Assembly: GCA_036498725.1 (NCBI GenBank)
Contig: DASYEY010000083.1
Coordinates: 21,674 to 85,673, forward strand
Length of the DNA stretch: 64,000 nt
DNA from: Verrucomicrobiia bacterium
GTDB lineage: Bacteria > Verrucomicrobiota > Verrucomicrobiia > Limisphaerales > UBA11358
Direction of reading: 5' to 3'
Below are positions 47,963-58,136 of the stretch, one piece after another. A program made the position numbers and the translations under genes. Numbering within the stretch: position 1 is the first letter of the stretch; each line of letters starts with the position of its first letter. The notes under the pieces are model-generated. The model worked only from the letters and a program-made list of their open reading frames with translations. It did not search any database and had not been told where the DNA came from.

Positions 47963-48136
47963 CTGGGGGATTTTTTAGTCTGTGGCTGCCTCATTTCGGG
48001 AAGACCAGCCATTTTACGGTTAATGGACGCATTGGGCGGCTTCCGGTTGAAGACGCACGATGCGGGGTAAGATGGCTGTGCTGAGCCTAACCAAAAATCT
48101 TCCATTTAAAGCGGCGACCTGTGCGAAGGGATCTGT

Positions 48137-51100
48137 TTACAACAATGGGAATATGAGGTGAACACTGGTCCCTTTGTCTGGCTCGGATTCGATGCGATAT
48201 TGTCCACCAATTTTCTTTATGCGTTGCTGGATGTTAACCAGCCCGTTGCCAGCTACCTGCCGGTCTGGATCAAAACCGCAGCCGTTATCTCGAATCAGTA
48301 TTTCGAGTTGACCGCCGACTAGTTTCAATTCCAGCAACACTTCGGTCGGGTGACCATGGCGGATTGCGTTGTTTAGAGCCTCTTTAGCGGCAAGAAGTAC
48401 ATTATGACGAATTTCAGCGGGGATCCTTCCCTCGGGAATATTTGCAGGCAATTCCATTCGCCGCGCAATTCCGGTCTCGGTCAAAAGTTCTTCCGCAATG
48501 CCTGCAAGATACTCCACCAACGCACCGATCGTGTCGTACTTGGGATTGGCCGCCCAAACCAATTCGTCCAACGCGGCGACCAGTGATCGAGACCGTTCCA
48601 AAATCATTCCAAACCGCTCTTTGCTGGCTGCCACTTCGAAATCGTGACCTATGCCAGCTACTGCCAGCATGCTGATCGCCGTAGTGCGACTCCCCAAATC
48701 ATCGTGTAAATCTTGCGCAATACGCGCGCGCTCCAGTTCAATCGCGCGCGCTTGTTCAATTTTCTGGCGCTCGTTAACTTCATGTTTTAACTCGGCAGTT
48801 TTTAGTTTGACCTGACGCCTCAAAAGCTTGATCCACAAAAAGGCCAGCGCAAGTCCGGCAGACATAACCCCGGCAATAGCCAACAACCGATCCAGGGTCC
48901 ACCACGGTGGTTGCGCCAATACAATCACATCACCGGGAGAGTTGACTATCAACTCGACGGGGTTGCCTCTTTCAGAGTTTTCCGCTCCTTCCGAACCAGA
49001 AAAAACCCCGGTTAGCTTCAGGGTACCACCTATTTTCCACTGACTTTTTACAGGTTGGACCAGCCTCAACCGCGCCTCAAATGTTCGCATGCCACTTTGC
49101 ATTTGCAGCACCTCTTCGGCTCCAATATTTTTTACCTCAATCAGCAATCCTTGCACTGAAATCCTGGTTGAGTCGCGAAGTGTGTTGGTTCCTCCAAATA
49201 CATAAGGATGCGGTTCGGGCAATGGTGCTTGGCCGGTTTTTCGAGTATATGCTTCGCGAATTAGCGGGGAAGAACGCCCCAACTCTACCAATCCGGCAAC
49301 TTCAACTATATTGCCCGGCTCAATTTTTACGGATTGTTCCGGCTTAAAGCGGAAGCCAAACCCGTCGTCGGCACAGTAATATATCCCTTGATCATCTGCG
49401 AGAACCTGCCCAAAAACTTTCACGCGCTGGAAAAAATTGGCCCGGGCATCAAACTGCATTAATTCCCTTGCGTGCATTTGAGGTGCATCAAATGGATTGG
49501 CTGGAGCAGGAACCTCAACACAAATTACGGCATTGCCGAACCATAGCGGATGGTCGGTCGTAACCAATAAAGTCGAAGCATCCCATTTGGCAAACATGCA
49601 GCCGCGTATCCTCACTACAGAGTGGATTAATGATTTTAAATCATCCGCCGGGTTGGGATCAAATTCTACATCCACTCTGCCACCCGGCATCAAGAGCATC
49701 AGGTGACGATCCCAAGCGCCCGAAACGTAGCCTTGGATTTCCACGCATTGAGAATCCATGCTGCCATTAAGTAATTCGTCGTAGGTAGGATGTTTGGGAT
49801 CGGGTAGCTCCCCCATGCCAATTCGCATGGCGTTGGAGAGAATCAAAATCGGAGAAAAATCGCCGGCGATGGTGGTTCCCTCGACCTCAAAAATTTCGCC
49901 GACCATGGGCGGATTGCTGTTCCAAGGCGGTGTGAGGCCAACCGAAACACCTCGCGCGGCGTAAACATTTTGGATCGAATCTTGGATGACCACGCCGTTT
50001 TTTTTACTAGATACCCAGGTGACCACTCCGCGAATCTTGGCGGGGTAGCCGAGCCGAGCCTCAGCCCGTGTCAGTTGTTGCACCTGGGCAGCGCTTGTCA
50101 GCAAGATACCTTTGGCCAAGGTCCCAGATGAGCCGTTTGTCACGCTACGCCAAAAACCCCAACGCAATTTGTCGCTCGCGGCAGCTCCAACCCAGCTGCC
50201 AAGGCATTCCACCTCTTCATTGGCCTGCGGCAATGTCGGGTTAAGTATTTCAACCGGAACAGACCCGGTCTTGTCCTCCAAGAATATCGCCTGCGCCTTT
50301 CCGTCTGTGCGGATTTGCCCGCGTAAAACCACCGACTCTGAAGCGTTCGGATTAACTGAGTGCCTGCATTCTGTGACCGTCGAAAATGATTTGGCACTCG
50401 ACCAACTCGAATCCGGCACATCTTGAACCTGGACGTCTGAACAGTCTGGAACAATGACCGTGTTGAACGAGCGATGCATTTGTATATCATGAGTGTCCAG
50501 ACAGACTCCGCGTACCCGGATACGACTTCCCATCAAATAGCGGGGCAACTGGGAACTGGCATCACAGATTATGACACGTAACCGGGACTGGTCAGTTGTC
50601 AATTCCAGTTCAATACCGTCAACAGTTTCGCCGATAAATGTGATGGTGCCTTCTGCTTCTGACCAAAATGGCCCGGCAGCGGCGGATGTTTGGCGCCTAA
50701 AATCCAACGAAATGGCCCGCCTAGCCCTTCCTTCTCCAAGAACGTCAAACTGGATTGGGAGTTTGTCGATGTAAAGCCGGCTACCGTCATCTGACCTCAA
50801 GTAAAACGTGTAAAGCCCGTTTGTATCTATCTGGATGAAACCGTTGTAGTCCAGCCCTACATATTCAGCGCGGGTTTCAGCCCTTAAATCCAAATTCATG
50901 CTGACACCGGACTTGATTGGAACCATGGTTTCAAAATTGGGGATGCTATGCCAATCGCCTTCATAACAACGATAAATTAAACCAGGCTCAGGTTTGGCCT
51001 GTCCGTTTGCCCCAACCGCTGCGGCCTGAAACAAAACTGCATCAGGAACCGTCATCCGCCCAAAACCAGGGCCAGAGTAGTCCAAGCCCAGAAGCCCATA

Positions 51101-51733
51101 GGAAGTATAGTTAAACCACTCCACCTGGATGGGATGCAGCCCCTGTTTAAGATAAATACTGCTCGAAATTTCGGATTCAGAGTGCAAACCGTCATTTTCA
51201 ATAACCGGCGTCTGCCCCAGACTAACGCCCAGGCTGGTGGCAACGACAAAAGTATTGCCACGCAGGCGAATTCGCTGACCGGGTTTAAACGTTTGGTCCC
51301 GCCGTGTTGTTTCCAAAAGCTCCGTCCCAGTTTCATCTTGAAGCACAATGATACCCCGATCAGGATTGCCTCCCAAAACCGTTCCCGCCAAATTAAACGA
51401 CATGACAGCCCCAGGCCGGCTTAACGTGGCTGCCTGCAACTGCAACAGGTTGGTGATCTGTGAAACGTCCGAAGAACGCGAGGTGATCTCGGTCTGCGCA
51501 AATATGAGGTTAACGGATGCCATCAGGATGAGAACCGTCAAGGCCGTGATCCAAGCGGCGCAGCTGCACACGAAATTTGCCCGCATGATCGCATGATTCC
51601 GACCGATCTGGTTCACCGTGCTTGCGGTTGCAGGTGGAAAGGGTTTCATGTTTTTGAGGCGTGTGATTTTCGCGAATTGGCTTGAGATGTGCGAGGTAAA
51701 TTTTATGCTGCCTAATCGCCAGACCATGTTCAT
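48137..51733 (-). CDS. Very large sensor histidine kinase (HisKA_3 type) with ~900-aa extracytoplasmic region containing PA14-like modules (HK2)
   Basis: The PA14-like stretch is 'YRCYEGDWHSIPNFE...YVGLDYNGFIQIDTNGLYTFYLRSDDGSRLYIDK'. The TM segment is 'LLAIAGVMSAGLALAFLWI' and the H-box is 'RARIAQDLHDDLGSR', followed by an HATPase domain. The true start is probably the ATG at 51649 or 51586. Confidence 0.85.
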   Translation of the reverse strand: MNMVWRLGSIKFTSHISSQFAKITRLKNMKPFPPATASTVNQIGRNHAIMRANFVCSCAAWITALTVLILMASVNLIFAQTEITSRSSDVSQITNLLQLQAATLSRPGAVMSFNLAGTVLGGNPDRGIIVLQDETGTELLETTRRDQTFKPGQRIRLRGNTFVVATSLGVSLGQTPVIENDGLHSESEISSSIYLKQGLHPIQVEWFNYTSYGLLGLDYSGPGFGRMTVPDAVLFQAAAVGANGQAKPEPGLIYRCYEGDWHSIPNFETMVPIKSGVSMNLDLRAETRAEYVGLDYNGFIQIDTNGLYTFYLRSDDGSRLYIDKLPIQFDVLGEGRARRAISLDFRRQTSAAAGPFWSEAEGTITFIGETVDGIELELTTDQSRLRVIICDASSQLPRYLMGSRIRVRGVCLDTHDIQMHRSFNTVIVPDCSDVQVQDVPDSSWSSAKSFSTVTECRHSVNPNASESVVLRGQIRTDGKAQAIFLEDKTGSVPVEILNPTLPQANEEVECLGSWVGAAASDKLRWGFWRSVTNGSSGTLAKGILLTSAAQVQQLTRAEARLGYPAKIRGVVTWVSSKKNGVVIQDSIQNVYAARGVSVGLTPPWNSNPPMVGEIFEVEGTTIAGDFSPILILSNAMRIGMGELPDPKHPTYDELLNGSMDSQCVEIQGYVSGAWDRHLMLLMPGGRVDVEFDPNPADDLKSLIHSVVRIRGCMFAKWDASTLLVTTDHPLWFGNAVICVEVPAPANPFDAPQMHARELMQFDARANFFQRVKVFGQVLADDQGIYYCADDGFGFRFKPEQSVKIEPGNIVEVAGLVELGRSSPLIREAYTRKTGQAPLPEPHPYVFGGTNTLRDSTRISVQGLLIEVKNIGAEEVLQMQSGMRTFEARLRLVQPVKSQWKIGGTLKLTGVFSGSEGAENSERGNPVELIVNSPGDVIVLAQPPWWTLDRLLAIAGVMSAGLALAFLWIKLLRRQVKLKTAELKHEVNERQKIEQARAIELERARIAQDLHDDLGSRTTAISMLAVAGIGHDFEVAASKERFGMILERSRSLVAALDELVWAANPKYDTIGALVEYLAGIAEELLTETGIARRMELPANIPEGRIPAEIRHNVLLAAKEALNNAIRHGHPTEVLLELKLVGGQLEILIRDNGCGFDPDRQVAGNGLVNIQQRIKKIGGQYRIESEPDKGTSVHLIFPLL

Positions 51734-51773
51734 TTAACAGAACCATTGCAACCAGCAAACCTTCGATCACATT

Positions 51774-52403
51774 ATGACGAAGATCGCCATAGTCGAAGAC
51801 AACCCAGATATTCGCCAGTCCCTGACCGAATGGATCAATGCCGCTCCCGGCTATGAGTGCGTTTGTGCGTGCCCGAATTCAAAAACCGCCCTGGCACAAA
51901 TACCACGATTAAAACCGGATGTGGTGTTGATGGACATTCGCCTGCCAGACGAATCCGGCATAGTCTGCACCTCGCTCTTGAAGAGCCTGTTACCTGACTT
52001 GCAAGTGATTGTTCTAACCGTGTATCGGGATCGCGACTTGCTATTTCAGGCACTCAATGCCGGCGCTAGCGGCTATCTACTAAAGCGTTCCAAGCCAGCC
52101 GACGTGTTGAATGCCATTGCTGAAGTCCTGTCGGGCGGCGCCCCCATGACGGGGGAAATTGCGCGCATGGTCATCGAAACCTTCCACGGGCCGGCAACCA
52201 AGAGACAAGGAGAGCCGGGGCTTTCCGAACGCGAAAATGAAATCCTTCTTCTCGTATCAAAAGGGCTGGGCAACAAGGAGATTGGAATAAAATTAAACAT
52301 CAGTTATTACACCGTGCGCGCCCACTTACGTAAGATTTACGAGAAACTGCATGTCCACGGACGGAGCGAAGCTGTCGCCAGAGCGATTCAGGGCAACCGA
52401 TAG
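51774..52403 (+). CDS. NarL/LuxR-family response regulator (RR2), paralog of RR1
   Basis: It has 'DVVLMDIRLPDESG', 'ASGYLLKRSKP' and the HTH 'LSERENEILLLVSKGLGNKEIGIKLNISYYTVRAHLRKIYEKLHV'. It is divergent from HK2. Confidence 0.9.
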   Translation: MTKIAIVEDNPDIRQSLTEWINAAPGYECVCACPNSKTALAQIPRLKPDVVLMDIRLPDESGIVCTSLLKSLLPDLQVIVLTVYRDRDLLFQALNAGASGYLLKRSKPADVLNAIAEVLSGGAPMTGEIARMVIETFHGPATKRQGEPGLSERENEILLLVSKGLGNKEIGIKLNISYYTVRAHLRKIYEKLHVHGRSEAVARAIQGNR

Positions 52404-52964
52404 TCTTAAAGAGTTTCTTGGGCAACGCCGGCGATTTCGACGGAATCACCGCCGGGCCAATCGACTTAGCTCGCCGCCATCATTCCATTCGAGAGGACAT
52501 CAATAACGCCCCATCACAGCCGTTAAAATGGCACCGGCAAGCCACCGGAAGGATGTGCTGCCCTTTAATTTACAGCATCTGGGAGACAGTCCAATTGACC
52601 TATTGCCTTCACCCGAAGAAACGTTAGCTTAAACATAAGGATTTTTTATTTTAAAGAAATGGCGCTGTTCAGAGGCAACCTATCTATTTCGTTGTTATTC
52701 TCACGGCAAATGGAATACGGCTGGAAATTTCAACTAACCGCCAAGCTGAGTTTATGACTCACAAAAGCATGTGCGGGACAAGGTGCCGGCAGAAACATTC
52801 CGGCGGATAATTGATAAGGTTATTCATTCGAGGAAATACATGAAAAAAGCCAAAGCCAGTGCTTGCAGCGAGACTGCCGGCATTTTTTATTCGATCCCCC
52901 AAATGCAGTAAAACTGCCAATAAAGCCCGACCGTTTGATTAAGAACCCATTCCGTAACCATTAA

Positions 52965-55031
52965 ATGAATCCTGCTAAAATAATCGCCGGGTGTTTGCTG
53001 TTAAACGTGGCTTTAATGGAAGCATTTTCCGCCCAGCCAGTCTGGCTTGACAGCCTGAATATCTCCACCGCTACGCAAGGCTGGGGCGAGCCACATAAGA
53101 ACCAATCGGTTGAAGGACATACGCTTACGATTGGCGGCAAGCAGTTCAAGCGCGGGTTGGGCACGCACGCAGAAAGCATGCTGTATCTCGCACTCAATCG
53201 CGAGGCGCTGAATTTCGCGGCCAATGTCGGCATTGACGATGAAGTCGGCAGCCAGCCAGACGCCAGCGTGGAATTCTTCGTCATCGGCGATGGCAAAATT
53301 CTCTGGCAAAGCGGCGTCATGCATGCGGGAGAGCCATCCCGGCGTTGTACGGTGGATCTTACCGGTGTCAAAACCTTGCTCCTGAAAGTTGGCGAAGGTG
53401 GTAATGGCATAGCTTATGACCATGCGGATTGGGCGGATGCCGAAATAGAATCCAAAGGGGCGACGACATTTGTCGCCAGTGGCAGCGAAATTCTCGATCC
53501 CGTAGCTCCCTACATCCTGACCCCGCCTCCGCCATCGACCCCGCGAATCAATGGTGCCGATATTTTTGGTGTTCGGCCTGGCTCGCCGTTTTTATTCACC
53601 ATTCCGGCAACGGGCAAACGTCCCATGACTTTCTTCGCCGACGGACTGCAGGCGGGCTTGCATTTGGATGCCAAGACGGGTCGCATTACTGGCAAGTTGG
53701 AGAAAATGGGAAAATATGTCGTGACTTTGCGCGCGGAAAATGCGCTGGGAGTGGCCACAGAAAAATTTCGCATCATTTGCAGCAACCAGATTGCCTTGAC
53801 GCCGCCGATGGGGTGGAACAGTTGGAATTGTTTTGCCGGTGCCGTTTCGGAGGATAAGGTTAAAAGCGCGGCGGATGCCATGGTCAAGAGCGGCCTGATT
53901 AACCATGGCTGGACATATATCAACGTGGACGATTTCTGGCAAAATCAGCGCGATTCAAGCGACCCAACCCTGCGTGGTCCGTATCGCGACACCAGCGGTT
54001 TTATCATTCCGAACTCACGTTTTCCTGACATGAAAGGCCTGGCGGAGTACCTTCATTCACTTGGCTTGAAAGCGGGTTTGTATTCTTCGCCCGGACCCTG
54101 GACCTGTGGCGGATGCACCGGGAGCTGGAAGCACGAGCGACAGGATGCAGAGACTTATGCCAAGTGGGGATTTGATTATTTGAAGTATGACTGGTGCAGC
54201 TATTTCAATGTTGCCGACGGCCAGGATCCCGAAGGCAAAAACGTTCCCCATTGGGGCGAGACCAACAATGAAGCTGTAGTTGAGTATCCCTATGGCTTAA
54301 TGGGCAAATATCTTCGGGAACAACCACGAGATATTATTTACAGTCTGTGCGAATACGGGATGGCTGACGTGTGGAAATGGGGCGCTTCGGTCGGAGGCAA
54401 TTGTTGGCGGACCACCGATGATATTAATGAACGCTGGGGAGTGGCAACCCATGGCTGGAAAGATGGCGGTGCAGGCGGTGGTTTGGACGTTATTGGTTTC
54501 AATCAGGACCAGGCCGCTCCCTATGCCCAGCCAGGAAACTGGAATGATCCAGACATGCTGATCGTCGGGCAGGTTGGCTGGGGAAATCCACATCCCTCAC
54601 GTCTAAACCCTGATGAACAATATGCCCATATCAGCCTTTGGTGCCTGCTGTCGGCGCCATTGCTGATTGGTTGCGACATGGAAAAGCTGGACGCCTTCAC
54701 GCTAAACCTGTTGAACAACGATGAAGTTCTGGCCGTGGATCAAGACGTGCTGGGCGGGCAGGCAACCTGTGTAATTCATGATGGCGACTTGCGTGTTTAT
54801 GAAAAGAAACTGGAGGATGGCAGTCGTGCCGTGGGTTTCTTCAACGTGGGAACAGCAAAGTTGAGTTTAACTTTTCACGAATTTAAGGCGCTAAAATTAG
54901 CCGGCAATATTAACATCCGCGACTTGTGGCGACAAAAAAATGTTGCGATGGTAAACACAGCGAAGGATGGATTTTCGTTCACCATCTCTCCCCATGGGGT
55001 AATGTTGTATAAGCTGACGCCAGTGAGATGA
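52965..55031 (+). CDS. NPCBM-domain / GH27 alpha-galactosidase (or alpha-N-acetylgalactosaminidase)
   Basis: The NPCBM block is 'GWGEPHKNQSVEGHTLTIGGKQFKRGLGTHAES...YDHADWADAEI'. The GH27 blocks are 'TPPMGWNSWNCF', 'INVDDFW' and 'DYLKYDWC'. Confidence 0.85.
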   Translation: MNPAKIIAGCLLLNVALMEAFSAQPVWLDSLNISTATQGWGEPHKNQSVEGHTLTIGGKQFKRGLGTHAESMLYLALNREALNFAANVGIDDEVGSQPDASVEFFVIGDGKILWQSGVMHAGEPSRRCTVDLTGVKTLLLKVGEGGNGIAYDHADWADAEIESKGATTFVASGSEILDPVAPYILTPPPPSTPRINGADIFGVRPGSPFLFTIPATGKRPMTFFADGLQAGLHLDAKTGRITGKLEKMGKYVVTLRAENALGVATEKFRIICSNQIALTPPMGWNSWNCFAGAVSEDKVKSAADAMVKSGLINHGWTYINVDDFWQNQRDSSDPTLRGPYRDTSGFIIPNSRFPDMKGLAEYLHSLGLKAGLYSSPGPWTCGGCTGSWKHERQDAETYAKWGFDYLKYDWCSYFNVADGQDPEGKNVPHWGETNNEAVVEYPYGLMGKYLREQPRDIIYSLCEYGMADVWKWGASVGGNCWRTTDDINERWGVATHGWKDGGAGGGLDVIGFNQDQAAPYAQPGNWNDPDMLIVGQVGWGNPHPSRLNPDEQYAHISLWCLLSAPLLIGCDMEKLDAFTLNLLNNDEVLAVDQDVLGGQATCVIHDGDLRVYEKKLEDGSRAVGFFNVGTAKLSLTFHEFKALKLAGNINIRDLWRQKNVAMVNTAKDGFSFTISPHGVMLYKLTPVR

Positions 55032-55067
55032 ATCACCCATAATCCAAAAATTTGAATTTATGCACAC

Positions 55068-55330
55068 GGCAGCCTCGCGCCAGTAATAATTGAGCAGACC
55101 TCGAAGTCGCTTCCGCCGGCAAACGCCGCCGGCAAAGTTTTCTACAATCGAAAAGACCATTGTCTCCAGTTGGAGGATTGGGATTCTTAACGCTTGGAGA
55201 TTCCGTTCATGCTTGTAATGGGCGAAAAATCCTTCAACCGCCCTCCACGGCAACGCTTCTCGAAAAAAGTGCAATTGGCAACGGTGATTCGACCGGTTTT
55301 GAGCGACTTCCAAATCAGCTTGCCGCAAAC
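55068..55330 (-). pseudogene. 3'-terminal remnant of a DDE (rve-type) transposase/integrase
   Basis: 'FFAHYKHERNLQAL...RLRGLLNYYWREAA' matches the conserved C-terminal end of rve-family transposases ('...YNHERPHQAL...RLGGLLxYYxRxAA'). There is no catalytic domain upstream. The ORF 54897-55439 is a read-through chimera. Confidence 0.55.
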
Positions 55331-55445
55331 CTGAATTCGAGCATAATAATTTCCTGATTGGGTGGCGCATTAAATTCGTCACTGACAGGAAACGTGGATT
55401 GCAAAATGTGAAAACCAGCATTTTAAGCAATCGAATCAACTGGTT

Positions 55446-55535
55446 GGAAGGGTGGCTGAGTGGTTAAAGGCATCTGACTCGAAATCAGAAGTACGGGTAA
55501 CCGTACCGGAGGTTCGAATCCTCTCCCTTCCGCCA
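55446..55535 (+). tRNA. tRNA-Ser (anticodon CGA), CCA encoded
   Basis: The acceptor stem is ggaaggg/cccttcc. The anticodon stem-loop is tctga-ctCGAaa-tcaga. There is a long variable arm (gtacgggtaaccgtaccg) and a T arm ggaggttcgaatcctc. The discriminator is g, followed by cca. Confidence 0.9.
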
Positions 55536-55710
55536 TATTGATTTTAAACTTTACGCAATGCTACCTGCGCTGGTTTGATCGCGTTCTTGGCACTCACCGT
55601 TGATTCTCACCAGAATATTTCGCCAGTAAAGTCAATGGATCGTGGACGGCTAAAAATACACTGGCAGCCTTTAATATATTTTGTCATTGTCCTGCCGCAG
55701 GGAATCAAAA

Positions 55711-56652
55711 ATGTCCGGGACCAATGAATTTCTCATCCAGCATGGGCTGCCCATTTTATTCGGCATCGTTTTGCTCGAACAAATTGGCATCCCCATTCCC
55801 GCCGCCCCCTGGTTCCTGGCCGCCGGGGCCCTGGCTGCTGCCGGCCATTTCAACGCCGTCGCCGGGCTATTGCTGGCCACCCTCGCTTGCCTGATCGCCG
55901 ATACGGTTTGGTTTTATATCGGCAAATTCCATGGCGCACGGGTGCTCAGCCTGCTTTGCAAGTTTTCACTGGAACCGGATTCCTGCGTTCGTCGCACCGT
56001 CAATGTCTTCGAGCGTTACGGTTGGCGCGGTATTCTGATTGCAAAATTCATTCCCGGCATGAGTACCATCACCCCTCCGCTGGCCGGCATGAGCGGAACC
56101 AATGCCACGCGATTTTTATTTTTCGATGCCCTTGGTGCATTGCTTTACTGTGGGGTTTATCTCTCGCTCGGCTGGCTCTTCAGCGATCAGATCGCCCAAT
56201 TCGGGGCCGCCTTTACGCACATCGGAGGAAATATACTGCGGGCCGGTTTGATCGTGATCGCTATCTACATTATTTGGAAATACTGGCAACGCCAGCGACT
56301 TCTGCGCGAGCTGCGCATGGTTAAAATCGATGTGACCGAACTGCGTAAACTGATCGATGGCGAGCCCAAGCCCTGGATCCTGGACCTCCGTTCCCAGACC
56401 GAGCTCGAAAAAGATCCGGTAGTCATCCTTGGGGCCATTCATCTTGCGTTTGATGAAGTTGAAAAGCGTTGCCAGGAATTTCCCCGCGACTGCGAAATCA
56501 TCACCTACTGCGACTGTCCCAACGAAATCACCAGTGCCAAAACCGCCTTGCATCTCCGAAAACGTGGATTTGCCCATGTCCGTCCGCTGCTGGGAGGCTT
56601 CACTGCCTGGCGTACCGCCAATCATCCCCTCAGCAACTGGACCAAAAACTGA
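55711..56652 (+). CDS. DedA/VTT-family membrane protein fused to a C-terminal rhodanese domain
   Basis: The start is ATG 55711. 'HGLPILFGIVLLEQIGIPIPAAPWFLAAG' is DedA-like. The C-terminal 'ILDLRSQTE...IITYCDCPNEITSAKTALHLRKRGF.HVRPLLGGFTAW' is a rhodanese domain with an active-site Cys loop. Confidence 0.7.
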   Translation: MSGTNEFLIQHGLPILFGIVLLEQIGIPIPAAPWFLAAGALAAAGHFNAVAGLLLATLACLIADTVWFYIGKFHGARVLSLLCKFSLEPDSCVRRTVNVFERYGWRGILIAKFIPGMSTITPPLAGMSGTNATRFLFFDALGALLYCGVYLSLGWLFSDQIAQFGAAFTHIGGNILRAGLIVIAIYIIWKYWQRQRLLRELRMVKIDVTELRKLIDGEPKPWILDLRSQTELEKDPVVILGAIHLAFDEVEKRCQEFPRDCEIITYCDCPNEITSAKTALHLRKRGFAHVRPLLGGFTAWRTANHPLSNWTKN

Positions 56653-56680
56653 CTCCGCATTTATTTTTACCTCAAACACT

Positions 56681-58090
56681 ATGCTTACACCAACCCGCAA
56701 CTATTTCAAATTTGGATGGCTTCTTATCGGATTATTATTTCTAGTTCGCGCCCAAGGCGTGCATGCAGAAAATGATTCCTGGACCAACCAGGCGGTTCAG
56801 GAAGCCGACTGGCAAGCTCGCGGTTGCGTCAATGATGAGCGGGGACAATGGTTTCGGGCTGCGAAATTTGGCGCGTTCATTCATTTCGGCGTTTATTCAG
56901 AACTGGGAGGCTATTGGCAGGGCAAACTGTATGATCCAGCCGAACAGATTTTAGGGTTGGGCGACCATCATCTGGCCATTCCCTTGCCGCAGTATGATGC
57001 CGTCGCGGCCCAATTTAATCCCGCCAATTTTAATGCCCATGAATGGGTCCGGATGATCAAAGACGCCGGGCAAAAATATTTGATCATCACGACCAAACAC
57101 CATGATGGATTTTGCATGTATCCCACCAAAACTACGGATCATAACATCATGTCAAAAACTCCGTTTCGTCGCGATGTCATCCGGGAGCTTGCGGATGAAT
57201 GCGAAAAACAGGGGATCGTGTTTTGCGTTTATTATTCCATTGGCGATTGGTGTGCCGCCGATGTGATGTCGCGCCAGTACAAAACGTACCCGGCTTACAT
57301 GCGCGCGCAATTGAAGGAATTGCTGGATAATTATCATAATATAAAAATGATCTGGCTGGATAATTACTGGTACGTGGACAATCAGTGGACCAACGATGAG
57401 AGCCACGCCAGGGAGCTCTATGCTTATATTCATTCGCTCAACCCGAATGTATTGATCAACGATCGTTGCGGTCGCGGCGCCAGTTCGACGGACGGGGATT
57501 ATGCGACACCGGAAAACCAGTTGGCCGGATCGCGGCAAAACCGTTATTTCGAAGTGGTCATGACGGATACGGCTGATGACAACTGGGGCTGGGTCAAAGG
57601 CGCAACGAACTACCGCAATCCCGGCGATTTGATCCATAACTTGATTGATAGCACCAGCAAGGGCGGCAATTTTGTGCTCAATGTCGGCCCGACCGCCACC
57701 GGCGAATTTTCAACTGAACATCAAGCGATCTTAAAAGTCATGGGAAAATGGCTGGCCACCAATGGCGAGGCCATTTACGGCGCAGTGCCCGCCCCGGAAT
57801 GCCAGCCCAGTTCGCAAAATGGTGCGCAATACTATGCCACCAAGCAGGGTAAAAACATTTACCTCCACGTCACTTCGTGGCCGTCTGATGGCAACGATTT
57901 AACCCTCGGCATCAAACGTACTGATTTGGTAAAAATAGAATTGCTTGATCATTCTTTACCGACACCCCCATTCAGCCAGCAGATCATCGGAAATATCACT
58001 CAAATCAAAATCACCCGACCGGCCGTGATCGACCCTTACGCCACGATTATCAAATTGAGTTTTAAAAATACCGTAGCCGGTTCAAATTAA
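56681..58090 (+). CDS. GH29 alpha-L-fucosidase
   Basis: The start is ATG 56681, with a signal peptide. 'WFRAAKFGAFIHFGVYS' and 'AGQKYLIITTKHHDGFCMYPT' are GH29 signature blocks. Confidence 0.85.
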   Translation: MLTPTRNYFKFGWLLIGLLFLVRAQGVHAENDSWTNQAVQEADWQARGCVNDERGQWFRAAKFGAFIHFGVYSELGGYWQGKLYDPAEQILGLGDHHLAIPLPQYDAVAAQFNPANFNAHEWVRMIKDAGQKYLIITTKHHDGFCMYPTKTTDHNIMSKTPFRRDVIRELADECEKQGIVFCVYYSIGDWCAADVMSRQYKTYPAYMRAQLKELLDNYHNIKMIWLDNYWYVDNQWTNDESHARELYAYIHSLNPNVLINDRCGRGASSTDGDYATPENQLAGSRQNRYFEVVMTDTADDNWGWVKGATNYRNPGDLIHNLIDSTSKGGNFVLNVGPTATGEFSTEHQAILKVMGKWLATNGEAIYGAVPAPECQPSSQNGAQYYATKQGKNIYLHVTSWPSDGNDLTLGIKRTDLVKIELLDHSLPTPPFSQQIIGNITQIKITRPAVIDPYATIIKLSFKNTVAGSN

Positions 58091-58136
58091 GTTTAATGCT
58101 TAGGGCGTGTCGTCGAGATGCTTTTGACACATAGCC

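Noticed and set aside
54897-55439. 180-codon minus-strand ORF as an intact gene next to the tRNA.
   Set aside because: Only the central ~70 codons resemble a transposase C-terminus. The 5' part lacks any DDE catalytic region, and the 3' part runs antisense into the GH27 gene end. I call it a remnant.
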